From: an uncultured bacterium
Lineage (GTDB): Bacteria; Fermentibacterota; Fermentibacteria; Fermentibacterales; Fermentibacteraceae
Direction: 5' to 3'
Assembly: GCA_964564435.1 (NCBI GenBank)
Contig: CAZMAT010000003.1
Coordinates: 96,451-160,450 of the forward strand
DNA length: 64,000 nt
Both the position numbers and the translations under genes were made by a program. Under the pieces are notes generated by a model. It did no database searches and had not been told where the DNA came from. It saw only the letters and a list, made by a program, of their open reading frames with translations. This document shows, piece by piece, positions 18,443 through 26,875 of the stretch (the stretch's first letter is position 1; the number at the start of each line of letters is the position of its first letter).

Positions 18443-20857
18443 ATGGAACTGTCCAAGCGCTACGTCGCGTCCGAGGCCGAGCCCCGCTGGCAGAGGCAGT
18501 GGCGCGAATCCGGCATCTACAGGTTCGATCCCGACTCGGGGAAGCCCCTGTTCACGATCGACACGCCGCCTCCGACGGTCTCGGGCATGATCCACATGGG
18601 GCACGTCTTCAGCTACGTGCAGGCCGAGGTCATAGCCAGGTACAGGAGGATGGCGGGGGACGGGGTCTTCTACCCGTTCTGCTTCGACGACAACGGGCTG
18701 CCCAGCGAGAGGTTCACCGAGAAGACGAAGAAGGTCCGCGCGCACGAGATGCCCAGGAGCGAGTTCGTGAAGCTGTGCCTCGAGGTGACGTCCGGCGCCG
18801 AGGATGGCTTCCGCGAGCTCTGGACGAGGCTCGGCTTCTCGTGCGACTGGGACGAGATGTACACCACCATCAGCCCCTGGGTCAGGGGCCTGAGCCAGAG
18901 GTCGTTCCTCGACCTGCACTCTAAGGGCAGGATCTACCGGAAGAGCATGCCGACGCTCTGGTGCCCCGAGTGCAGGACCGCCGTAGCCCAGGCCGAGACC
19001 GAGGACCGCGAGCTCGACTCCGTCTTCCACGACCTGGTGTTCGGGCTGGCCGGCGGGGGGACCATCCCCATAGCGACTACGAGACCCGAACTCCTGCCCG
19101 CCTGCTCTGCGGTGTTCCGCAACCCGGATGACGGGCGCTGGAGCCATCTTGAGGGCAGATCCGCCGTCGTCCCGCTGTACGGGCGCGAGGTCCCCGTCCT
19201 CGCGGACGGCAGGGTGTCCATCGAGAAGGGCAGCGGCCTCGTGATGTGCTGCACCTTCGGAGACACGACCGACATCGCCTGGTGGGAGGAATACGGGCTC
19301 GAGCTGCGCATCGCCCTCGAGCGGAACGGCCGTATGAACGAGCTCGCCGGGCCGTATCGGGGCCTGAGCGTGAAGGAGGCCCGCGCCAGGATCGTCGAGG
19401 ACCTCTCCGCGGGCGGGCTCCTGACCGGCTCGAAGCCCCTGGTCCACGCGGTCAACGTCCACGAGAGATGCGGCACCGCCCTGGAGTACCTCGTCACCCC
19501 GCAGTGGTTCATCCGCATCCTGGACATCAGGGACGAGCTGCTCGAGCGCGGCAGGCAGGTGAAGTGGCACCCGGAGATGTTCCGGGTCAGGTACGACCAC
19601 TGGGTCGAGAACCTCAGGTGGGACTGGTGCATAAGCCGCCAGCGCTACTACGGGGTCCCGTTCCCGCTCTGGTACTGCGGCTCCTGCGGGGAGCCGGTGT
19701 TCGCCCGGGCGGAGGACCTCCCGGTGGACCCGCTCGAGGATTCGCCCTCCGGCCCCTGCCCGCACTGCGGATCTGCGGAGTTCACCCCCGAGAACGACGT
19801 GATGGACACCTGGGCCACCAGCTCGCTCACGCCCCTCATCAATGCCAGGTGGGGGGAGCCCGGCGACAGGTCGGGCATGATACCGATGAGCCTGAGGCCC
19901 CAGGCGCACGACATCATAAGGACCTGGGCATTCTACTCGATCGTGAAGGCGCATCTCCACATGGACACGATCCCGTGGCGGCACGTGATGATCAGCGGCC
20001 ACGCCCTCAACCCGAACCGCGAGAAGATGTCCAAGAGCAAGGGCAACGTCGCGGGCGACCCTTTGGCCGCCCTCGAGAAGTACTCGGCCGACGAGCTGCG
20101 TTACTGGGCCTGCTCGAGCCGGCTGGGCACCGACGTGATGTTCAGCGAGGAGGTCCTCGGCCTGGGGCGGAAGCTCGTGACGAAGCTCTGGAACGCGGCC
20201 CGGTTCACCGCCGGGCATCTCGAGGGATTCGACCCCTCCACCCTCGTCGAGCTGCGCCCCTTCGACAGATGGATCCTCTCCCGCGCATCGAAGGCGGTCG
20301 CCGATGCCACCTCGGGCATGGAGGAGTTCGAATACTCTGTCTGCATGAGGGAGGCCGAGTCGTTCTTCTGGAACGCCTTCTGCGACAACTACCTCGAGAT
20401 AGTGAAGGGGCGCCTGTTCGGCTCCGATCCGCAAGCCGCCGGCGCCGCAAGGAAGGCGCTCTACGACTGCCTCTACACCGTCCTCCGCCTCTTCGCGCCC
20501 ATCCTGGTCCACATAACCGAGGAGCTCTACCAGGGGATCTTCAGGGAGCACGAGGGGCATGCCAGCATCCACACCGCCCCATGGCCCGTTGATGGGGAGA
20601 TCGACTCCGATGCCCTGCGGGCCGGCGACCTCTGCCTCGGGGTGATCGAGGCCGCCAGGAGGTACAAGAGCGAGAAGAACCTGAGCATGGCCGCCCCCCT
20701 GGGCAGGCTCTCGGTCACCTCCTCCGGGGAGGACATCGCGCTGATGCGGGGCTTCGGGGAGGATCTCGGGAACGTCACCAGGGCGTCGTCGATCGTCTGG
20801 GTCGAAGGCGTATCCGGCATCTCGGTGGACATCGAGGAAGCGGGGGAGGGTTCGTGA
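18443..20857 (+). CDS. valS: class-I aminoacyl-tRNA synthetase with editing domain, most likely valine--tRNA ligase
   Basis: 804 aa with TIDTPPPTVSGMIHMGHV (HIGH-type) and KMSKSKGNV motifs plus a CP1 editing insertion. The length fits ValRS better than IleRS or LeuRS. ATG 18443 has a GGAG RBS; the track ORF is over-extended from 17732. Confidence 0.7.
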   Translation: MELSKRYVASEAEPRWQRQWRESGIYRFDPDSGKPLFTIDTPPPTVSGMIHMGHVFSYVQAEVIARYRRMAGDGVFYPFCFDDNGLPSERFTEKTKKVRAHEMPRSEFVKLCLEVTSGAEDGFRELWTRLGFSCDWDEMYTTISPWVRGLSQRSFLDLHSKGRIYRKSMPTLWCPECRTAVAQAETEDRELDSVFHDLVFGLAGGGTIPIATTRPELLPACSAVFRNPDDGRWSHLEGRSAVVPLYGREVPVLADGRVSIEKGSGLVMCCTFGDTTDIAWWEEYGLELRIALERNGRMNELAGPYRGLSVKEARARIVEDLSAGGLLTGSKPLVHAVNVHERCGTALEYLVTPQWFIRILDIRDELLERGRQVKWHPEMFRVRYDHWVENLRWDWCISRQRYYGVPFPLWYCGSCGEPVFARAEDLPVDPLEDSPSGPCPHCGSAEFTPENDVMDTWATSSLTPLINARWGEPGDRSGMIPMSLRPQAHDIIRTWAFYSIVKAHLHMDTIPWRHVMISGHALNPNREKMSKSKGNVAGDPLAALEKYSADELRYWACSSRLGTDVMFSEEVLGLGRKLVTKLWNAARFTAGHLEGFDPSTLVELRPFDRWILSRASKAVADATSGMEEFEYSVCMREAESFFWNAFCDNYLEIVKGRLFGSDPQAAGAARKALYDCLYTVLRLFAPILVHITEELYQGIFREHEGHASIHTAPWPVDGEIDSDALRAGDLCLGVIEAARRYKSEKNLSMAAPLGRLSVTSSGEDIALMRGFGEDLGNVTRASSIVWVEGVSGISVDIEEAGEGS

Positions 20858-21375
20858 GGCCGTCCTGGGACGAGTATTTCCTCAAGCTCGCCATGCTCGC
20901 GTCCGAGAGGGCGACATGCCCGAGGATGCACTGCGGCTGCGTGCTCGTGAAGGACCGCTACGTCCTCTCGACGGGCTACAACGGCTCCCTGCCCGGCTCT
21001 CCCCACTGCGAGGACGAGGGCTGCCTGGTCGTGGACAATCACTGCGTCAGGACGAACCACGCCGAGATGAACGCCATCTGCCAGGCAGCGAGGCACGGAG
21101 TGTCGCTCGAAGGCGCCTCGGCCTACGTAACCAACATGCCCTGCACGACCTGCGCCAAGGCCCTGACAGCCGCGGGGATCCGCAGGGTCGTGGTCTTCTC
21201 GGGATTCCACGACACGCTGGCGGGGAAGTTCTTCGCCGAATCGGGCGTCGTCCTGGAGAAGCGCGCAATGCCCTGCCGGGAGATCATGTACGACCTGGAG
21301 TCGTATTCCTCGGCGAGGAGCCTCGATGCACAGGGCGGCTGCCCCGATGGAGACCACGGGACAGGCGGGAGCTAG
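20854..21375 (+). CDS. dCMP deaminase (ComEB-like)
   Basis: 173 aa with the CMP/dCMP deaminase zinc motif HAEMNAI...PCTTCAKAL. GTGA overlap with valS. Confidence 0.85.
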   Translation: MRPSWDEYFLKLAMLASERATCPRMHCGCVLVKDRYVLSTGYNGSLPGSPHCEDEGCLVVDNHCVRTNHAEMNAICQAARHGVSLEGASAYVTNMPCTTCAKALTAAGIRRVVVFSGFHDTLAGKFFAESGVVLEKRAMPCREIMYDLESYSSARSLDAQGGCPDGDHGTGGS

Positions 21376-22169
21376 AGCTTCCCTGCCCCTCCGGTGCCCC
21401 AGCGCGACTGCACCGCCCTCTCCAGGGCGCGGAAGAACAGCCTGTCCGTGAGGAGCCCGATGGCGACTATCACCACCATGACGGCCACGACTTGTGCAAT
21501 GTCGTTGAGCTCCCTGCCCAGCGCCAGCATGCTGCCGAGGCCCGGCACCGAGTAGAGCAGCTCGCCCGCCATGAGGGACCTCCAGGCGAAGGTCCACCCC
21601 AGCTTCATGCCCGTGACGATCGAAGGCAGGGATGCCGGAAGGACCACCCTCGCGTACAGCGAGGGGCCCGCGGCGCCCAGGTTCCTCGCCGCCTGCAGGT
21701 AGACCCCGGGCGTGTTGCGGATGCCGTCCTGCGTGGCGAGGGATATCGAGAGGAAGGCGCCCATGATCACCACGAAGAGGATCGCCTGCTCCGACAGCCC
21801 GAACCACAGGATCGCCGGAGGGAGCCAGCAGATGCTCGGAAGGGCCTGAAGCCCGAGCACCACCTGCCCGACCGTGTCCCGTGCGAGCCGTGAGCTCCCC
21901 AGCAGGATTCCCAGCAGGGTCCCGGAGGCCAGGGCGATCCCGTAGCCTATGAAGAGCCTCTTCATGCTCCCGAGGATGGATATCCAGAGCACCCCCGTGC
22001 CGCCGGTCCTCGCCAGGGATTCGAGAACGCCCGGGAGTGTGGGGAAGAGGTAGGAGGGCCATATCCCGGCCTCCCCGAGCACTATCCAGACGGCGACCAG
22101 CAGGGCTCCGAAACCGAGCTGTACCGCCCTTCTCGAGAGAGCCGTCCCGGCCCTAGCGCGGTTCTCCAT
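21372..22169 (-). CDS. ABC transporter permease (NitT/TauT, SsuC/TauC-like)
   Basis: 265 aa with 6 TM helices and the ABC-permease EAA-like loop (ARNLGAAGPSLYARVVLP). Confidence 0.8.
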   Translation of the reverse strand: MENRARAGTALSRRAVQLGFGALLVAVWIVLGEAGIWPSYLFPTLPGVLESLARTGGTGVLWISILGSMKRLFIGYGIALASGTLLGILLGSSRLARDTVGQVVLGLQALPSICWLPPAILWFGLSEQAILFVVIMGAFLSISLATQDGIRNTPGVYLQAARNLGAAGPSLYARVVLPASLPSIVTGMKLGWTFAWRSLMAGELLYSVPGLGSMLALGRELNDIAQVVAVMVVIVAIGLLTDRLFFRALERAVQSRWGTGGAGKL

Positions 22170-22974
22170 CGCCCACCGCCCTTCCTGCCGGCCTGAGGTC
22201 CGCCAGGACCTTCGCAGCGAGGGGCATCAGCCCCGGGTCCTCCATGTGCCTGGGCCTCGGCAGGTCGACGGCATGTTCGGCCACGACCCTTCCCGGAGCG
22301 CCCGACATGACCAGTATCCGGTCGGCCAGGACCGCAGCCTCCCTGACGTTGTGCGTGACGAAGACCATCGTCTTGGAAGACTCCATCCACAGATCCTGGA
22401 GCTCGGTGTGCAGCGAGTCGCGGGTGAGCGCGTCCAGGGCGCCGAAGGGCTCGTCGAGCAGGAGCACGCGAGGGTCGACAGCGAGTGCCCGGGCGAGGGC
22501 CGTCCTCTGGCGCATCCCTCCTGAGAGTTCGTGGATCCACGACTGGCCGAAGCGCTCGAGGTGGACCATGCGGAGGAGACGGTCGGCGACCGCATCCCTT
22601 TCGGTCCTGGGCACCCCCCTGGCCCTGAGCCCGAACTCCACGTTGGCCCGCGCGTTCATCCAGGGGAACAGGGCCGCGTCCTGGAAGATCAGCACGCGGG
22701 AGGAGTCCGGTCCCTCCACCCTCCTGCCGTCCGCCAGCACCTCGCCGGAAGTGGGCCTGTCGAGGCCTGCGAGCAGGTGGAGCACGGTGGTCTTGCCGCA
22801 TCCCGAGGGGCCCACGATGCACACGAACTCGCCCGGGCGAACCTTCATGTCGAGGCCCTCCAGGGCTGCGACCGAACGGCCCGGCCGGCTGAAGCTCCGC
22901 GAGACGCCCCTCAGCTCGAGTTCCAGGGCTATCTCCCCGCTTCCGTGATCCCGCCGAGGATGGTCAGGTCGCAA
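22153..22974 (-). CDS. ABC transporter ATP-binding protein (SsuB/TauB-like)
   Basis: Walker A GPSGCGKTT, ABC signature LSGGMRQR, Walker B LLLDEPFGALD. Start uncertain: TTG 22974 or ATG 23046, both overlapping the 3' end of the SBP gene. Confidence 0.85.
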   Translation of the reverse strand: MRPDHPRRDHGSGEIALELELRGVSRSFSRPGRSVAALEGLDMKVRPGEFVCIVGPSGCGKTTVLHLLAGLDRPTSGEVLADGRRVEGPDSSRVLIFQDAALFPWMNARANVEFGLRARGVPRTERDAVADRLLRMVHLERFGQSWIHELSGGMRQRTALARALAVDPRVLLLDEPFGALDALTRDSLHTELQDLWMESSKTMVFVTHNVREAAVLADRILVMSGAPGRVVAEHAVDLPRPRHMEDPGLMPLAAKVLADLRPAGRAVGDGEPR

Positions 22975-23927
22975 AGGCCAGCGAGATCCGGCTCCTCGTC
23001 GAGGTAGCCGATCCTGAAAGCCGCTTCCGCGCTCTGGATGATGCATTCAGGGAGCGGATCCCAGGTCGGGGTCATCCTCGACCAGGCCATGGCGATGACT
23101 GAATCCGGAAGGGCCTTTCCGGTCATCCTGCCGATCTCCGAATTGACCAGGGCCATGGCCGAATCGGGATTCGCCAGCTCCCACTGCGTGATCTCGACGT
23201 GCGCCCTCAGCCACGCCCCGACCAGCTCCGGGTTCTCCTCGAGTATCCGGGTGGAGGCTATGACGCATGCCGTAGGGAACCTGCCCCCCTCCCAGAGATC
23301 CCTCTCGTCGACCAGGACGGTCCCGCCGCCCTCCACGACGAGCCTGCTGGCCCAGGGCTCGGGCACCCAGGCGCCGTCGATCTGTCCCTGGACGAAGAGG
23401 TCGAAGATGTCCGGGTTCTGCACCGCGACGACCTCCACGGTCCCACCCTGCTCCAGGGTCGAGAGGCCGTTGTCCATGAGCCAGCACCGCAGCGCCACGT
23501 CCTGGGTGTTCCCGAGCTGCGGCGATGCGAGCTTCCTGCCGTCGAGATCGGCCGGAGTCGATATCCCCGCATCGGAACGGACAACGAGGCAAGCTCCGGC
23601 GCTGGTGGCTCCCGCCACCACCCTCAGAGCGGCGCCATCGGAACGGATGTAGCCGTTCACCGCGGGATTGGGGCCTATGTAGGCCAGATCGATCTCGCCC
23701 GCGAAGAGGGCCTCTATCACGGAAGGTCCTGCGTTGAAGACGATGGGTTCGATCACGATCCCGGGGCCCGTCTCCCGTGCGAAGTCGCCTCTCGCCAGGC
23801 CTATGATGGCCTGGGAGTGCGTGATGTTGGGGAAGTAGCCGACCCTGAGAGTGCCCTCGGGCCGCTCCCTGCCGCATCCGGCGCAGAGCGCCGCGAGCGC
23901 GAGGGTGATCATCCTGCGGTTCGTCAT
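22929..23927 (-). CDS. ABC transporter substrate-binding lipoprotein (SsuA/TauA/NrtA-like)
   Basis: MTNRRMITLALAALCAGCG lipoprotein signal, then an NMT1/SsuA-like fold (LRVGYFPNITHSQAII...). Start re-picked at ATG 23927. Confidence 0.8.
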   Translation of the reverse strand: MTNRRMITLALAALCAGCGRERPEGTLRVGYFPNITHSQAIIGLARGDFARETGPGIVIEPIVFNAGPSVIEALFAGEIDLAYIGPNPAVNGYIRSDGAALRVVAGATSAGACLVVRSDAGISTPADLDGRKLASPQLGNTQDVALRCWLMDNGLSTLEQGGTVEVVAVQNPDIFDLFVQGQIDGAWVPEPWASRLVVEGGGTVLVDERDLWEGGRFPTACVIASTRILEENPELVGAWLRAHVEITQWELANPDSAMALVNSEIGRMTGKALPDSVIAMAWSRMTPTWDPLPECIIQSAEAAFRIGYLDEEPDLAGLCDLTILGGITEAGR

Positions 23928-24124
23928 CAGTGCCTTTCTTCGGGACGCCTGACCTTCGTCACCAGCACGGTCCCGTCCGTCAGCAGAACCCATCTCAGCC
24001 TGTCCTCGGGCGTCAGGCCCAGCCTGTCGACTATCTCCTTCGGGACCGTGGTCCTTCGCCTGCTCTCGCGGATCGTGAGCGCAGTCTCGGTCACGAAGTC
24101 CACCTGTTCGAGGTCTACATGCAT
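23927..24124 (-). CDS. AbrB/MazE/SpoVT-family DNA-binding protein
   Basis: MHVDLEQVDFVTETALTIRESRRRTTVPKEIVDRLGLTPEDRLRWVLLTDGTVLVTKV has the swapped-hairpin AbrB fold signature. GGAGGT RBS sits 5 nt upstream of ATG 24124; the track ORF is over-extended. Confidence 0.6.
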   Translation of the reverse strand: MHVDLEQVDFVTETALTIRESRRRTTVPKEIVDRLGLTPEDRLRWVLLTDGTVLVTKVRRPEERH

Positions 24125-24242
24125 TCCGTACCTCCGGGCGCCAATTTTACACCAAATCATATTGGTGTCAAGCCAAATGCTCGTGGCGAACCGCGCGTGG
24201 GATGAGGCTCGGCGCATGCCCGGCAGCCGCTGCGTGCGTGTC

Positions 24243-25712
24243 CTAGCGGATCGAGGCCTGGAACTGGATGGTGGCGTCGAGCCGGGAAGACCCTTCGGTT
24301 TCTTCCGAGCCTTCCCCGATCGATTCCACGGAGTCCTTCCGAAGGTACGACAACCTGCCGGCTATTTCGGAGCCTTCGGAGAGAGGCAGCCCGAGCGCGG
24401 CCTGGAGCAGGAATCCCCTGCCGTGCTGCTGGATGGACGCGAAGTCTCCCGGCAGGGAGAGCTCGCCGAAGTAGACCCTGGAATCGTAGTCGTCGGTGGA
24501 GAAGCCCGCGGCGGCGAGCCTGAGGATCGCGTCGCCGAGCGAGAGCTTCAGCCTCGTCTCGGCACCGGTTCCGCCTGGGGAGCCGTCGGGGCCGTCGTGA
24601 CCGGTGCGCTGGACGGCGGCGGAGAGGATCGTGCCTCCCGCAGGCCTCCAGGAGGAGGATGCGACGATGCGGTACGACCCGGCGCCCTCTTCGGAGGAGC
24701 CCCTCGCACGCAGGCCAAGGTCGAAGTCGGGGGTCATCCTCCGCGAGATCTCCAGATCGGCTCTAGAGCCTGAGTCGTCCCCCTCCAGGAGGCACATCGC
24801 CGTGAGGCGGGCCGACCATCCGTCCCCTGGCCGGAGCCCGGCTGAGGCGCCGGCCCCTATGTCGCAGGCCCCTCCCAGGGGCATGGAGGATCTGTCCCCG
24901 GGGAAGTCGCCCGGGCAGCGGAAGACACCGGCGTTGAACCGCAGGGCGGATGTCTCCTCGTGGATGCAGGCCCAGAAGGCTTCTGACGCCCTGTCGCCCG
25001 AGAGCCCGGCCGCAGCCTCGCAGGTTATCCCGACGGCCCCTGCCGATCCGTCGAAATCCATCCCGGCACGCCCGTAGAGGCCGTCACCCCGGTCACCGAG
25101 GACCGCTCCGAACCCGAACGGGCCGCGGGCGATCCTTGCAGCAGCGAGATCCTCCCGGACCGAACTCTCGGCTGCGAGCTCCGACGCAGTCCGGTGGAGG
25201 CCCTCTCCGGAAGGGTCGATGCGGGATGAGGCACCGAGGAGCGTGCACGACACCCCGCCTAGGGAGAATCCGCCGCCTGCTCCCAGCAGTGGCTCGGCGT
25301 CCGAGCATCCCGGGCTGGCCGCGGGTTCGAGCCTCGTTTCGAGGGAAGGCGGCTTCTCCTCGATGCCGGCGCCGCTCGACCAGCCTCCGGGATGAGACAG
25401 GACGAGCCCCGACCCCAGACCGGCCCTCAGCCAGCCCCCGACCGCGCTGAAGGCCGAACCGGGATCCCGGTACGAAGCCCCCGCCGTGACCAGATCGCAC
25501 CAGTCCTCCCCGGGGTCCTTCTCCGCCACTGCGGTCAGGGCGAACCCGCCGCGCGAGAGGCGCACCCTGTGGAGGAACGAGTACGGGTCACCCGCCCATG
25601 TGCCGTCGACGGAACCGCTGGCGTCGGGGAACAGCCTTCCCAGCCTGAAGAGGACGTCGCCTCCACCGGGAGATGTCACCAGCGCAAGGGAGAGGATGAT
25701 CCCGGGGATCAC
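24243..25712 (-). CDS. secreted Gly/Ser/Ala-rich protein, possible outer-membrane beta-barrel
   Basis: Starts at a GTG overlapping the TGA of the ComEA-like gene (GTGA). MIPGIILSLALVTSPGGG signal-like N-terminus and alternating amphipathic segments. The track ORF 24243..26723 is over-extended through the upstream gene in another frame. Confidence 0.45.
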   Translation of the reverse strand: MIPGIILSLALVTSPGGGDVLFRLGRLFPDASGSVDGTWAGDPYSFLHRVRLSRGGFALTAVAEKDPGEDWCDLVTAGASYRDPGSAFSAVGGWLRAGLGSGLVLSHPGGWSSGAGIEEKPPSLETRLEPAASPGCSDAEPLLGAGGGFSLGGVSCTLLGASSRIDPSGEGLHRTASELAAESSVREDLAAARIARGPFGFGAVLGDRGDGLYGRAGMDFDGSAGAVGITCEAAAGLSGDRASEAFWACIHEETSALRFNAGVFRCPGDFPGDRSSMPLGGACDIGAGASAGLRPGDGWSARLTAMCLLEGDDSGSRADLEISRRMTPDFDLGLRARGSSEEGAGSYRIVASSSWRPAGGTILSAAVQRTGHDGPDGSPGGTGAETRLKLSLGDAILRLAAAGFSTDDYDSRVYFGELSLPGDFASIQQHGRGFLLQAALGLPLSEGSEIAGRLSYLRKDSVESIGEGSEETEGSSRLDATIQFQASIR

Positions 25713-26779
25713 TCCACTGCCAGCCTGGATCTCATCCCCTCGAACAGCGACTGACCTATCCCCGGGACGTCCATGATCTGTTCGACCGAAGTGAAGGGGC
25801 CGTGCTCGAGCCGGTACGCCACTATGGCCTCGGCCCTGGCGGGCCCTATGCCCGGGAGCGAGCAGAGATCGTCGACCCCGGCGGTGTTGATGTCTATCAC
25901 ACGGTCGGCCGCCTGTGCGGGAGGCGGGGCGGGGATTTCGCGCACGAGGGGGACTGGGACGTGAGCCGCCCGGCCGAGAGCCACCCCGGCGGAATGGGTC
26001 TCGCCGAGGTCGGGGTGGAACCCGAGGCCGTAGAGGAACTCGACGGGGCCGGCGCCGAACGTGAGGGAGAGTGCGAACCTCGACGGATCCGAGGACAGGC
26101 CGAGCCGGATGACCAGAGATCCGGTCGGGGAGTATCCCGCCGTGAACGAAGGCTCCGGATCGAGCCCCTCTGTGAATGTCAGACCCGCCGACAGGCCCAG
26201 CCGTTCGACCGGGGCGACCCCTGCAGAGAACGACGCGCTCCTGGGGACCGCGGGGTCGCCCGAATCGCCCAGGCGGCTCCTCGCGAGGCCCCTCACCGCG
26301 AGCGCCGTCAGCACGCCGTCCATCGGGCGGGCGACGAGGCCTGCGTCGGAGGAGAATGCGGTGCAGGAGCCGTATCCCGAGATGGAGAGCCTGTGAGCCG
26401 ACACCGAAACCCCGCAGGCGAGGCCCGTTATGATCCTCCTGGAGGCGCCCGCGGTGAATGTGAGTTCGGAATAGCCCTCGTCGCCCGAGGCGAGTGCTCC
26501 GGCCGAGAAGCATGTCGCGCCCGAGGGCAGCGAGCCGGCCACGGAGGCCCTGTCGAGCCTCCGCAGGCCGAACGGCCTCGAAGCCGACGCGGATACGGAC
26601 CATCCCTCGAGGAGGGCGGTTCCGGCGGGGTTCTCGAACATGACGGCGGCGCACTGGGGGAAGAGGGCCGATGAAGAACCGGCTGCAATCCACGGAGCCT
26701 GCTGGACCGGTTCGAATGCGCACTCCGCGGCACCCGGCGACAGAACGGCGATCACTACGGCTGTTCGATGCCAGTTCAC
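25709..26779 (-). CDS. ComEA-like helix-hairpin-helix DNA-binding protein with beta-rich N-terminal domain
   Basis: C-terminal DINTAGVDDLCSLPGIGPARAEAIVAYRLEHGPFTSVEQIMDVPGIGQSLFEGM matches the ComEA HhH tandem. N-terminal ~280 aa are signal-peptide-led and Gly/Ser-rich with beta-strand periodicity. Confidence 0.6.
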   Translation of the reverse strand: MNWHRTAVVIAVLSPGAAECAFEPVQQAPWIAAGSSSALFPQCAAVMFENPAGTALLEGWSVSASASRPFGLRRLDRASVAGSLPSGATCFSAGALASGDEGYSELTFTAGASRRIITGLACGVSVSAHRLSISGYGSCTAFSSDAGLVARPMDGVLTALAVRGLARSRLGDSGDPAVPRSASFSAGVAPVERLGLSAGLTFTEGLDPEPSFTAGYSPTGSLVIRLGLSSDPSRFALSLTFGAGPVEFLYGLGFHPDLGETHSAGVALGRAAHVPVPLVREIPAPPPAQAADRVIDINTAGVDDLCSLPGIGPARAEAIVAYRLEHGPFTSVEQIMDVPGIGQSLFEGMRSRLAVE

Positions 26780-26875
26780 GTTTCCAGTCTACTCCATGAC
26801 GGGTTCCGCTGCAAGTGGTGTTGACATTGCCTCCCCGGCAGACAAAACTCTGTCCATGAAGCGGAGGAGGGGCGT

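Noticed and set aside
18221-20572. 783-aa minus-strand ORF
   Set aside because: Antisense to the valS-like gene (HIGH/KMSKS motifs on the plus strand). Arg/Gly/Pro-rich junk translation.
24243-26723. Single 826-aa ORF as given in the track
   Set aside because: Its first ~340 codons are an Arg/Pro-rich out-of-frame read-through of the ComEA-like gene. It was split at the GTGA junction (25709-25712).
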